From Muribaculaceae bacterium (GTDB taxonomy: Bacteria; Bacteroidota; Bacteroidia; Bacteroidales; Muribaculaceae), in NCBI GenBank assembly GCA_051871555.1, contig JBJECZ010000190.1:1-56491 (forward strand): a stretch of 56,491 nt of DNA. The letters run 5' to 3'. This document shows, piece after piece, positions 1-8,285 of this stretch. Within the stretch, counting starts at the first letter, position 1, and every line of letters starts with the position of its first letter. The position numbers were made by a program, and so were the translations under genes. The notes beneath the pieces were generated by a model. The model had not been told where the DNA came from. It made no database searches and worked only from the letters and a program-made list of their open reading frames with translations.

Positions 1-285
1 CCGATCTTCTCAACATTCACCACACTTACGCTTTTAATGGGTGTCGTGTTTCAACTTCCGATTATTTCCTTTTTTATGGCAAAAATGAGGCTTATATCTG
101 CAAATTTACTGACCATTTACCGCAAACATGCTATAATATTGATAATGTTAGTAGCAGCAATTATTACACCACCTGACTTGATGACATTAGTTTTGGTAAC
201 ACTTCCGCTCTATATGCTATACGAAGTAAGCATCTGGATTGTCCGATGGGTTAATCCAAACTATATCGAAACTCAACAAGAATAA
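1..285 (+). CDS. tatC: Twin-arginine translocase subunit TatC, C-terminal fragment (5' end lies outside the window)
   Basis: The frame is open from base 1. The hydrophobic TM-rich tail (FQLPIISFFMAKMRLI...IITPPDLMT...) is typical of a TatC C-terminus. Confidence 0.75.
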   Translation, partial: PIFSTFTTLTLLMGVVFQLPIISFFMAKMRLISANLLTIYRKHAIILIMLVAAIITPPDLMTLVLVTLPLYMLYEVSIWIVRWVNPNYIETQQE

Positions 286-335
286 TCATATCGTCACGGC
301 ATACATCCACCAAAAAAATCTGACGAAAGGTGATG

Positions 336-617
336 TCAGTTAATGACGAAGATGTAGGCGGCGAGGGCGGCGTAGGACAGCCACACCATCCACATGAGCA
401 CGTTGCTCACTTCGCGACGGTCGGGCCGGGTGAAATATGCCATACCGAGCATGCCGAACACATACACCGGAAACCACGTGAGCACAAACGCCTGGGTGCC
501 TTCAACCTTGCCTGCCATTTGCTGATAGACATACAGCCACATCACCACCGGCAAAACGCTCAGTAGTACCAGCATCTTGAACCACAACGGGCGTTTTTGT
601 TTATTGTCTTGTTCCAT
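336..617 (-). CDS. Small integral membrane protein, function unknown
   Basis: 93-aa ORF with about 3 hydrophobic helices and no recognised family. It is preferred over the overlapping + strand ORF 330..566, which is His/Arg-rich and looks non-protein-like. Confidence 0.5.
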   Translation of the reverse strand: MEQDNKQKRPLWFKMLVLLSVLPVVMWLYVYQQMAGKVEGTQAFVLTWFPVYVFGMLGMAYFTRPDRREVSNVLMWMVWLSYAALAAYIFVIN

Positions 618-819
618 ATCATTGATTGTTTATAACACAAAATTACAACTTTCGCGGCAATAATCGGTGCTTGATGCCATTCGATGCACATTTTATGCAC
701 TTTTCAGCCTGTCGCACGGACGTGTATAAGGATTTTTGACTGAAAAATTGCATACACCGTGATTTATTCACTACTTTTGCGTCATACTAAATAAAGAAAT
801 CACTTCAATTAGAATTACT

Positions 820-1701
820 ATGTTAATACGCAACGAAAAACCATCAGACTATCGCGCAGTGGAAAACCTCACTCGCAAAGCATTCTGGAACGTGTATCGC
901 CCTGGATGCACCGAACATTTTGTATTAAACCGCTATCGTTCTAACCCCGATTTCATTCCTGAGCTCGACCTGGTGATGGAGGAAGACGGCAAACTCATTG
1001 GACATGTGATGTTTTCGCATGCCACATTGGTGAAAGCCGACGGCTCGCAAATGCCCGGTTGGACTTTCGGACCCATAAGCATAGCGCCCGAATATAAACG
1101 CAAAGGATATGGGCTGAAGCTGCTCACTCACGCCATTGACAAAGCGCGCGCCATGGGCATAGGCATGCTGTGCATGGAGGGCAACATCGAATTCTATCGT
1201 CACGCAGGCTTTGTGACGGCAAGCACTCTTGGGCTGCATTATCACGACACGCCCGATGACGAGGCATCGTTTTTCCTCGCCCAAGAACTCATTCCCGGCT
1301 ACCTCACCGGCGTGGAAGCCACCTACACCCCGCCCAAAGGGTATTTTGTAGCCGACGACATGCCCGAAGAGTTTGCCGCCTACGATGCCACGTTCGAGCC
1401 AAAAACGAAGCATCTGCAGCCCGGTCAGCTGCCACAACTGTGCCAAAGCTGCGGTATGCCGCTTTCAAGCGAAACCGACTGCGGCACCGAGCTCGACGGA
1501 AGCATCAACTTCGATTACTGTAAATATTGCTACGACAAGGGCGAATTCAAGCAGAAACTGAGCATGGAGGGCATGGTGGAGCACTGCATGCAGTTTCTCG
1601 ACGAGGTGAACCGCTTCATGCCCACACCGCTGACGCCCGACGAATACTCAGCCATGCTGCACAAAGTGTTGCCGGCGCTAAAACGCTGGCGCAACCGATA
1701 A
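820..1701 (+). CDS. GNAT family N-acetyltransferase fused to a C-terminal zinc-ribbon domain
   Basis: The N-terminal ~170 aa carry a GNAT-like acetyl-CoA motif region (RKGYGLKLLTHAIDKARAMG). The C-terminal part has CxxC...CxxC (CQSCGMP...DYCKYCYDKG). Confidence 0.7.
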   Translation: MLIRNEKPSDYRAVENLTRKAFWNVYRPGCTEHFVLNRYRSNPDFIPELDLVMEEDGKLIGHVMFSHATLVKADGSQMPGWTFGPISIAPEYKRKGYGLKLLTHAIDKARAMGIGMLCMEGNIEFYRHAGFVTASTLGLHYHDTPDDEASFFLAQELIPGYLTGVEATYTPPKGYFVADDMPEEFAAYDATFEPKTKHLQPGQLPQLCQSCGMPLSSETDCGTELDGSINFDYCKYCYDKGEFKQKLSMEGMVEHCMQFLDEVNRFMPTPLTPDEYSAMLHKVLPALKRWRNR

Positions 1702-1731
1702 TCATCAGAGAAATTTATAAAACAACATTAT

Positions 1732-2736
1732 ATGAAAGAGATTCTGTATATTTTGCTTGAGCCATTCGCCGAGCACGAAATAAGCTATTTGTCGCAGGCT
1801 GTCACCACCAGTGAATATGGACCACGCACCGACGCCAAATATTGCAACCGCTTTGTGTCGCCTACACTCGACGCAGTGTCATCGGTTGGCGGAATGAGAA
1901 TGCAACCCGACTATTCGTTTGCCAATGCACCGCACGACTATGCCGCGCTGGTGCTGATAGGCGGCTACGGATGGGCCACACCACAAGCCGAAGAGGTGGT
2001 GCTGATGGTGGCTGAAGCACTGAAGCGTAAAGTGCCTGTGGGCGCCATCTGCAACGCCGCCTCGTGGATGGCAAAGCACGGATTCCTTAATGGTGTTAAG
2101 CACACCGGCAACGGCATCGACCAACTGAAACAGTGGGGAGGAGCTAACTACACCAACGAGAGCGGATATATAGCCACGCAAGCAGTGAGCGATGGCGGCA
2201 TAGTCACCGCCAACGGCACTGGGCACCTCGAGTTTGCCCGCGAAATGCTTCTGCTGCTTGCCGTCGACGAGCCTCAAATGATACATCGCTTCTTTGCGTT
2301 CTACAATATGGGCTTCACGCAGCTGATGGCGCCCAAACCACGTTTCCGATTCAACACCGTGGGGCTGTTCACCACCGACAACGCCGCCACCGTGAAGTTC
2401 TACACCCAGACATTCGGGTTCACCACCGACTGGGATGGCGAAGCGCCAAACGTGGAGATGCATCTGGGCGACATGCGCATCATCCTTTATCCACGCGATG
2501 CATTCGAGCAGATGACACAGCAGAAATACACCTATCCGCAAGGCTTCAACGGCACCATGGAACTTGCCATCGACGTGCCTTGCTTTGCTGACGTCGACAA
2601 GGAATATGCCCACGCCCTCAGTCATGGCGCAACGTCGGTGATGGCACTAACAACCGAACCTTGGGGACAACGCACCTGCTACGTGGCTGACCCAGACGGC
2701 AACCTCATTGAAATCAATTCATTCAACAAGGGCTGA
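1732..2736 (+). CDS. DJ-1/PfpI-family domain fused to a VOC (glyoxalase/bleomycin-resistance) domain
   Basis: The N-terminal half has a DJ-1/PfpI-like nucleophile elbow (VPVGAICNAASW). The C-terminal ~130 aa are VOC-like (FNTVGLFTTD...TFGF...ADPDGNLIEI). Confidence 0.65.
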   Translation: MKEILYILLEPFAEHEISYLSQAVTTSEYGPRTDAKYCNRFVSPTLDAVSSVGGMRMQPDYSFANAPHDYAALVLIGGYGWATPQAEEVVLMVAEALKRKVPVGAICNAASWMAKHGFLNGVKHTGNGIDQLKQWGGANYTNESGYIATQAVSDGGIVTANGTGHLEFAREMLLLLAVDEPQMIHRFFAFYNMGFTQLMAPKPRFRFNTVGLFTTDNAATVKFYTQTFGFTTDWDGEAPNVEMHLGDMRIILYPRDAFEQMTQQKYTYPQGFNGTMELAIDVPCFADVDKEYAHALSHGATSVMALTTEPWGQRTCYVADPDGNLIEINSFNKG

Positions 2737-2894
2737 GCAAAGTTTCGACCTTTCCGAACGGATGGGGCGGCGATGGATGGCAAGCGTCTGTTTTTTCACA
2801 CTTTGCAGACGTTTCGTCCGCTCGATTTTTGAGATTAATGTTTTTTGAATTTTACCCTAATTTTTATATAGCTAATAATCAGCATTTTAAAATA

Positions 2895-2995
2895 TTTGTA
2901 ATGATTTCATATGTTAAATATAATGTTAATTTAAATTAATTCATTATTAAACACCAAAAAACATTTGGTCATGGCGAATTTCGGTTATACCTTTG
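2895..2995 (+). promoter_or_regulatory. Conserved AT-rich promoter module, copy A
   Basis: -33 TTTG at 2964-2967, a 20-nt spacer, then -7 TACCTTTG at 2988-2995. Upstream blocks TTTGTAATGATT, TGTTAAAT, GTTAATTT and ATTAAACACC are shared with 45962-46063. Confidence 0.6.
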
Positions 2996-3000
2996 TGGTA

Positions 3001-3115
3001 CAAAAAGCGAAAATAATAATTAGGTCAATAAGATTACCAAAATCTTAATTTATTAGATTGAAAGCACAAATACCGAATACGGGCAAGACGTGATGTCTTG
3101 CCCTTTTCAGTTTTT
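3001..3115 (+). ncRNA. Candidate ~115-nt small RNA or terminator-controlled leader
   Basis: It lies between the promoter at 2964-2995 and the intrinsic terminator at 3081-3115. It contains no ORF and has an internal hairpin TAAGATT-accaa-AATCTTA (3029-3047). Confidence 0.45.
3081..3115 (+). terminator. Rho-independent terminator
   Basis: Perfect 9-bp stem GGGCAAGAC / GTCTTGCCC with loop gtgat, followed by TTTTCAGTTTTT. Confidence 0.8.
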
Positions 3116-3144
3116 ATACCCTAAGTGACAGCACAATAGCAGCG

Positions 3145-3197
3145 CATGCGCCTTAGAGTCTGTTTCATAGCAATGTGTTAACATGCGCCTTAGAGTC
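3145..3197 (+). repeat. 16-bp perfect direct repeat CATGCGCCTTAGAGTC, two copies 37 bp apart
   Basis: Copies lie at 3145-3160 and 3182-3197. The first is embedded in the 10-bp palindrome GCGCATGCGC. A related GCGCCTTAGTC occurs at about 46078-46088. Confidence 0.7.
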
Positions 3198-3306
3198 AAA
3201 AGTCATTTTTGCTGCAATATATGGCGATAACGCAAACTTTTTTGTAACTTTACGGCACATAAAGCCTTTTTAACCGATAATTCACTCAAACAAATATCCA
3301 AATGTT

Positions 3307-5127
3307 ATGAAAACCCTAAAAACTATCATCTCGGTTTTAGCAACTGGAGCAATCATGAGCGCTTGCAGCCCAAAGGTGACAGCGCCGCAAGCCATCGGAC
3401 CGTTGCCATCGGAGCATCAGCTCGAGTGGCACAAAATGGAGACTTACGCATTTATTCACTTCGGACTCAACACCTTTGCCGACAAAGAATGGGGCTACGG
3501 CGACACGCCAGCATCGGTGTTCAACCCATCGAACCTCGACTGCGAGCAATGGGTGCGCACCATCAAGGCCGCCGGCATGAAAGGCGTGATAATCACCACC
3601 AAGCACCACGACGGGTTCTGCCTATGGCCTACACAGCTCACCGAATACTGCATTCGCAACACACCATATAAGCAAGGCAAGGGCGACCTGGTGGGCGAGC
3701 TGCGCGCCGCCTGCGACAAATACGGACTGGAATTAGGACTGTATCTCTCGCCTTGGGACCGCAACTCGGATGTATACGGCACACCCGCATACGTGGAATA
3801 CTACCACAAGCAAATCGAAGAACTCACCACACGCTACGGCAAGGTGTTTGAGTTCTGGCTCGACGGTGCTAACGGCGGCGACGGATACTACGGCGGCGCA
3901 CGCGAGATGCGCACCATCGACCGCCGCACCTACTACGATTTCCCGAAAATATTCGCCCACATACTCAAAAACCAGCCACAAGCCATCATCTTCAGCGACG
4001 GCGGTCCCGGCTGCCGCTGGGTGGGCAACGAGCGAGGCGAGGCAAGTGCCACCAACTGGGCATTCCTGCGAGGCGATGAAGTGTATCCCGGCTACCCCGA
4101 CTACACCACGCTGCAATACGGCCACACCGACGGAACACACTGGATTCCAGCCGAATGCGACGTGTCGATTCGTCCGGGTTGGTTCTTCCACGAAAGCGAG
4201 AACTCCAAGGTGAGAAGCGCCGAGAACCTCGTGAACCTCTACTACAAGAGCGTTGGACACAACGCCAACTTCATCCTCAACTTCCCCATCGACAAGACAG
4301 GACGCATACCAGCCACCGACTCGATTAACGTGTGCAAGATGCGCCAGATTCTCGACACCGAACTTGGCAACAACATCCTCAAAGGCGTGAAGCCGCAAGC
4401 AAGCAATAGCCGCGGCGGCCGTTTCGGCGCAGCTGCCACCACCGACGGAAATGGCGACACCTACTGGGCAACTGCCGACGATGTGACATCGGCAACCATT
4501 CAATTCGACATTCCACGCCAAAAGGTGAACCGCATGATGCTTCAGGAATACATAGCCCTGGGGCAACGCGTGCAAGAATTTGTGGTTGACTATCGCGACG
4601 CACAGGGCAACTGGCAGCCAGTGAACGCAGGCGAAGAAACCACCACCATCGGCTACAAGCGCCTGCTGCGCTTCCCTACGGTGGAAACCGACGGCTTGCG
4701 CATCACCATCGTCAAGTCGCGCGCATGCCCTTGCATTGCCAACATCGAGGCTTACTACGGCGGTGCCGGCAGCGACAAGCAGTATGTCGACAACAGCAAC
4801 AACTTCAAGTCGGTGAAATTTGAATTAACCACACAAGCCGACCGCTTCGTAATGGACCTCGGCGGACAGCGCGAAGTGAACACGCTGCACTATCTGCCCG
4901 ATGCCGACGGCATGATTGCGCAATACGAAGTATATGCAGGCGACACTCCCGAAACCGCCACTACGCTCGTGAAGAAAGGCGAATTCTCGAACATCAAGAA
5001 CAACCCGATTGTGCAGACCCTGCGCTTTGCACCCGTACGCGCTAAAGTGATTGTGCTGAAAGCCACACGAATGATTGAGCCAGGCGAACCGGTGAAAGCC
5101 AAACGTCTGGGCATCGAGGTGCTCTAA
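3307..5127 (+). CDS. Alpha-L-fucosidase (GH29) with a C-terminal F5/8 type C (discoidin-like) domain; probable lipoprotein
   Basis: Signal peptide ends in ..IMSAC. GH29 motifs are present (HHDGFCLWPT, FWLDGANGG). A C-terminal ~150-aa beta-sandwich-like region follows. Confidence 0.85.
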   Translation: MKTLKTIISVLATGAIMSACSPKVTAPQAIGPLPSEHQLEWHKMETYAFIHFGLNTFADKEWGYGDTPASVFNPSNLDCEQWVRTIKAAGMKGVIITTKHHDGFCLWPTQLTEYCIRNTPYKQGKGDLVGELRAACDKYGLELGLYLSPWDRNSDVYGTPAYVEYYHKQIEELTTRYGKVFEFWLDGANGGDGYYGGAREMRTIDRRTYYDFPKIFAHILKNQPQAIIFSDGGPGCRWVGNERGEASATNWAFLRGDEVYPGYPDYTTLQYGHTDGTHWIPAECDVSIRPGWFFHESENSKVRSAENLVNLYYKSVGHNANFILNFPIDKTGRIPATDSINVCKMRQILDTELGNNILKGVKPQASNSRGGRFGAAATTDGNGDTYWATADDVTSATIQFDIPRQKVNRMMLQEYIALGQRVQEFVVDYRDAQGNWQPVNAGEETTTIGYKRLLRFPTVETDGLRITIVKSRACPCIANIEAYYGGAGSDKQYVDNSNNFKSVKFELTTQADRFVMDLGGQREVNTLHYLPDADGMIAQYEVYAGDTPETATTLVKKGEFSNIKNNPIVQTLRFAPVRAKVIVLKATRMIEPGEPVKAKRLGIEVL

Positions 5128-5162
5128 GCCGCCGCACGAACAGCATTCTCATACACACAGCA

Positions 5163-5210
5163 CGCCCACCTTGCTGCTGTGATGGCAAGGTGGGCGCGTT
5201 ATATATTTTG
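5163..5210. terminator. Hairpin terminator between convergent genes
   Basis: 12-bp stem CGCCCACCTTGC / GCAAGGTGGGCG (5163-5174 / 5185-5196) followed by a T-rich tract. Confidence 0.6.
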
Positions 5211-5245
5211 CCCAGAGGCGTCAATGCCCTCCAGAAACGGCTCTT

Positions 5246-6250
5246 TTATTTGCGGGTGAAATCGGAAGGGAAGCTCACCGGTGTTGCAACCTTGTTGCCG
5301 ATGCGCAGGCGCAACCAAGTGTCGAAGCCACGCACACCCTCGGTGAGCACAATCACGCGGGCACCGTTGTCGCCAGGAATGTCGTGATACTCGGTGTGTC
5401 CGCCCGAGAATCTGCCGTAGGCAAGCGCCATGCCTTTCCAGCTGCACACATAGTCGTTCACGTGGTCGTGACCGGCAAACACGCCCATCACATCGCGTCC
5501 GAGCAGCATGGCAGAGAACAATCCCGTGTTGATTTTCGGGCAACAAGGCGCCTCCTTGCGTATGCCCATAAGCAAAGCGCAGGCATCGGAAGCCGCAAGG
5601 GCATATTCAGGCAACGGAATGTGCATGAACGCCAGCGAAGGCAGCGGCGAACCACCGTTGGCAGCAGTGTAGCGAGCACTCTCCGAGCGATACCACGCAA
5701 TCTGGTCGTATTTAATCCAATCGTAGCCGTCGGTGAGGTCTTTTTGCTGCGAATACTGATGCGAATCGAACACATAAAGCACAGCAGCATCCTTCGACGC
5801 GTCGTCAGCCGATTTCACAGTGAGCGTATAGTTGGTGGTGCCCGACAAGCCGTCGACAGTAGATGTCAAGTTGCCCGGCAACGAGCTAACATAGTCGAGA
5901 ATCTGCTTTGGCGTCCAATCGCTTTCGGCATCGTGATTGCCCAGCGTGATGGCAAACGGCAGGTGGCGGTCGATGATGGGCTTGAGCGTGCGGTCGAGGC
6001 ACGTTTTGGCAGGAGTGCCATAGATTATGTCGCCTGTGACAATCACCAAGTCGGGCCGCTCGGCATCGAGGGCGTTGGCAATGTTTTCGGCAGCAATCTC
6101 CGAGTTGGCATCACCCGGGCGCCAATGCACATCGGTGAACTGAACAATCTTAAACTTGCCCTTGGCATCAAACCGCAACTGGGCACCCACAGGCACAGCC
6201 ATCATAACAATCGCAAAAAGCGCAACTACACGCATCGTAAATCGGTTCAT
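5246..6250 (-). CDS. Secreted metallophosphoesterase (calcineurin-like)
   Basis: Signal peptide plus the motifs DVHW, VTGDIIYG, LGNHD and AGHDHVND. Confidence 0.8.
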   Translation of the reverse strand: MNRFTMRVVALFAIVMMAVPVGAQLRFDAKGKFKIVQFTDVHWRPGDANSEIAAENIANALDAERPDLVIVTGDIIYGTPAKTCLDRTLKPIIDRHLPFAITLGNHDAESDWTPKQILDYVSSLPGNLTSTVDGLSGTTNYTLTVKSADDASKDAAVLYVFDSHQYSQQKDLTDGYDWIKYDQIAWYRSESARYTAANGGSPLPSLAFMHIPLPEYALAASDACALLMGIRKEAPCCPKINTGLFSAMLLGRDVMGVFAGHDHVNDYVCSWKGMALAYGRFSGGHTEYHDIPGDNGARVIVLTEGVRGFDTWLRLRIGNKVATPVSFPSDFTRK

Positions 6251-6414
6251 ATTAGCATTATTATGGAGTAATTCAATAATGCAAAGATAGGCATTTTTGT
6301 GCCATCGCGAGCATCATGCGCAAAAACAACCAATAATGATGCAATTTCGACCACTTGCAAGCACCCAAAGTTTTATAACTTTGCACATTGCAGTATTTTC
6401 AACTAAGCAATCTG

Positions 6415-7257
6415 ATGGCACGACGAATAATCACATTGATATTGACCATTCTGGCATTCACACAATTGTCGGAAGCACAAATCTATTACGACAGCAACCA
6501 CAGCAAATTCAACTCCGACAGCATACGTCGCGAATTCGACAAAGGTCCGTATTTCACGCTGTTCAAGGACAACTATTTCACTGCCGGCATTCCAATTGGG
6601 CAGAAAATCACAGGCGACAACTCCGACGTAAAGTTTCAGGTGAGCATCGCACAGCGCCTCACCAAAAGCACCCTTCCCTTCAACACCTATCTGTTTCTTG
6701 CCTACTCGCAGAAGTGTTTCTGGAACGTGTTTCAAGAGTCGCTGCCGATGCGCGACCTCAACTTCAATCCGGGCATCGGACTGTCGAAACTGCTGATTGT
6801 GAAAGGCAAACTCATTGGCAAACTCACGCTGATGATTGAGCACGAGTCGAACGGGCGCGACGGCGACGATTCGCGTTCGTGGAACCGCATATCGTATGGC
6901 GGCAACGTGTTTCTCACGCCAAACCTCATGATTCACGCCAAGGCATGGATTCCGATAGTCGACGGCGAGAACAACAAGGACCTGCTCGACTACGCCGGGC
7001 TGTTTCAGAGCGGACTGCAAATAACCTCCGACAACAAGCGCTGGGGATTTGCCATCACCATGGTTAAGCGCAAGGGCTGGCGCCTCAGCTACAACACTAT
7101 CGTCGAAGCCAACTATCGCCTGTTCAAAAACGAGAACCAATATTTCTTCATACAATATTACAACGGCTACGCCGAAGGTCTGCTCGACTATAATAAGTAT
7201 CACTCGCGCCTGCGCGCGGGACTGGTGATTAAGCCCAATTTCTTCAGCGACTATTAA
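6415..7257 (+). CDS. pldA: Outer-membrane phospholipase A1 (OMPLA family)
   Basis: Catalytic signature IEHESNGRDG..SRSWNR with beta-barrel-like alternating sequence. ATG 6415 is preferred to the TTG at 6388. Confidence 0.75.
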   Translation: MARRIITLILTILAFTQLSEAQIYYDSNHSKFNSDSIRREFDKGPYFTLFKDNYFTAGIPIGQKITGDNSDVKFQVSIAQRLTKSTLPFNTYLFLAYSQKCFWNVFQESLPMRDLNFNPGIGLSKLLIVKGKLIGKLTLMIEHESNGRDGDDSRSWNRISYGGNVFLTPNLMIHAKAWIPIVDGENNKDLLDYAGLFQSGLQITSDNKRWGFAITMVKRKGWRLSYNTIVEANYRLFKNENQYFFIQYYNGYAEGLLDYNKYHSRLRAGLVIKPNFFSDY

Positions 7258-7312
7258 TAGGCCGCTTTTTCCACGCCACGGTCAAGAGGCTCACACCCAC
7301 ATCTGCCACAGC

Positions 7313-7831
7313 TCAGGCCTTATTGCATTGCTCGGCGTGGGCAGCCTGAGCCACCTGCTCGTTGTAGAAACGGGCATAGATGCGGCAGGCACTCTCCACC
7401 ATCTTCACGCACGGACGGCTGCGATAATACTCGGCAGAGCGTTCCGAAGGCTTCGGCGGCTCCACAATGCCGGCACGCAAGCCCAGCAAATCGGCACACA
7501 CCATCGACCCGTTTTCGGCGGCAAACTCCTTGCCCAGACGCTGCACAGCCGCATAGTTGCATGTGCGCGATTCCAAATCGTTGGCAGCAGCCGACGCCGT
7601 CTGCAGCCCAGCCAGCATGAACATGCCACTGCACGCCCCGCAAGTCATGCGCAAACGTCCCATCCCGCCGCCAAACGACGACGACAGCTTCATGTAATTC
7701 TCGTCCAAGCCGTAAACATCGGCAAATGCCGCCACTACAGCCTGCGAACAGTTGTACCCATCCAGAAATTTCTTAATCCCCAATGCCGCTCTCTCTTCGA
7801 CATCGAGCGCCTTAGTTTGCTTAGTATTCAT
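7313..7831 (-). CDS. C_GCAxxG_C_C family protein
   Basis: Contains YNCSQAVVAAF and the CGACSG motif characteristic of the family. Confidence 0.75.
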   Translation of the reverse strand: MNTKQTKALDVEERAALGIKKFLDGYNCSQAVVAAFADVYGLDENYMKLSSSFGGGMGRLRMTCGACSGMFMLAGLQTASAAANDLESRTCNYAAVQRLGKEFAAENGSMVCADLLGLRAGIVEPPKPSERSAEYYRSRPCVKMVESACRIYARFYNEQVAQAAHAEQCNKA

Positions 7832-8200
7832 GACAATTACTTCTTTTTTTTATTCGTGTTTGATATTGCAAATATAACGAATTTTTCGCCTCGACGGTCA
7901 GCCCGATTCAAAATTAATTCTTATATACCTCCCGAATGAAAACACTCCCACTTTTGCCAATTCTTCAAAAAAAATAAACTTTTTCACATTTGACGCAACT
8001 ATTTGATTATTTCCGTTGTTCTTATATTAAGACTTAAATAACTATATTTCAGCAAGATTAAGCAACTTTGCATTATATAATAATTAATCTTAATTGTTAA
8101 TTTTTATATTAATATTAGTTATAGAAGATTTAATTTTATGTTACATTTGTGTTACAAAACAAGAAAAATTAAAGAAAAATCGAAAAAAAGAGCAAAAATA

Positions 8201-8233
8201 TTTGACATTAGCAAAACTATGCCCATATCTTTG
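8201..8233 (+). promoter_or_regulatory. Promoter of C10 peptidase 1
   Basis: -33 TTTG at 8201-8204, a 21-nt spacer, then -7 TATCTTTG at 8226-8233. The predicted 5' UTR is about 45 nt. Confidence 0.6.
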
Positions 8234-8285
8234 CACTACTTGATTTTGGATTTTTATATGACCTAATTATTATTTGACCTAAATT

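Noticed and set aside
5384-6271. 295-aa + strand ORF overlapping the metallophosphoesterase gene. Many other 60-280-aa shadow ORFs have the same pattern (e.g. 3733..4575, 9162..10100, 12394..13155, 40696..41622).
   Set aside because: These are Arg/His/Val-rich shadow ORFs opposite well-supported genes, with no motifs and no promoter context.
7808-7816. Another occurrence of GCGCCTTAG, the core of the 3145/3182 repeat.
   Set aside because: It lies inside the N-terminal coding region of the C_GCAxxG gene on the opposite strand (encoding ..KALDV..). It is probably coincidental and shows the 9-mer core alone is not specific.
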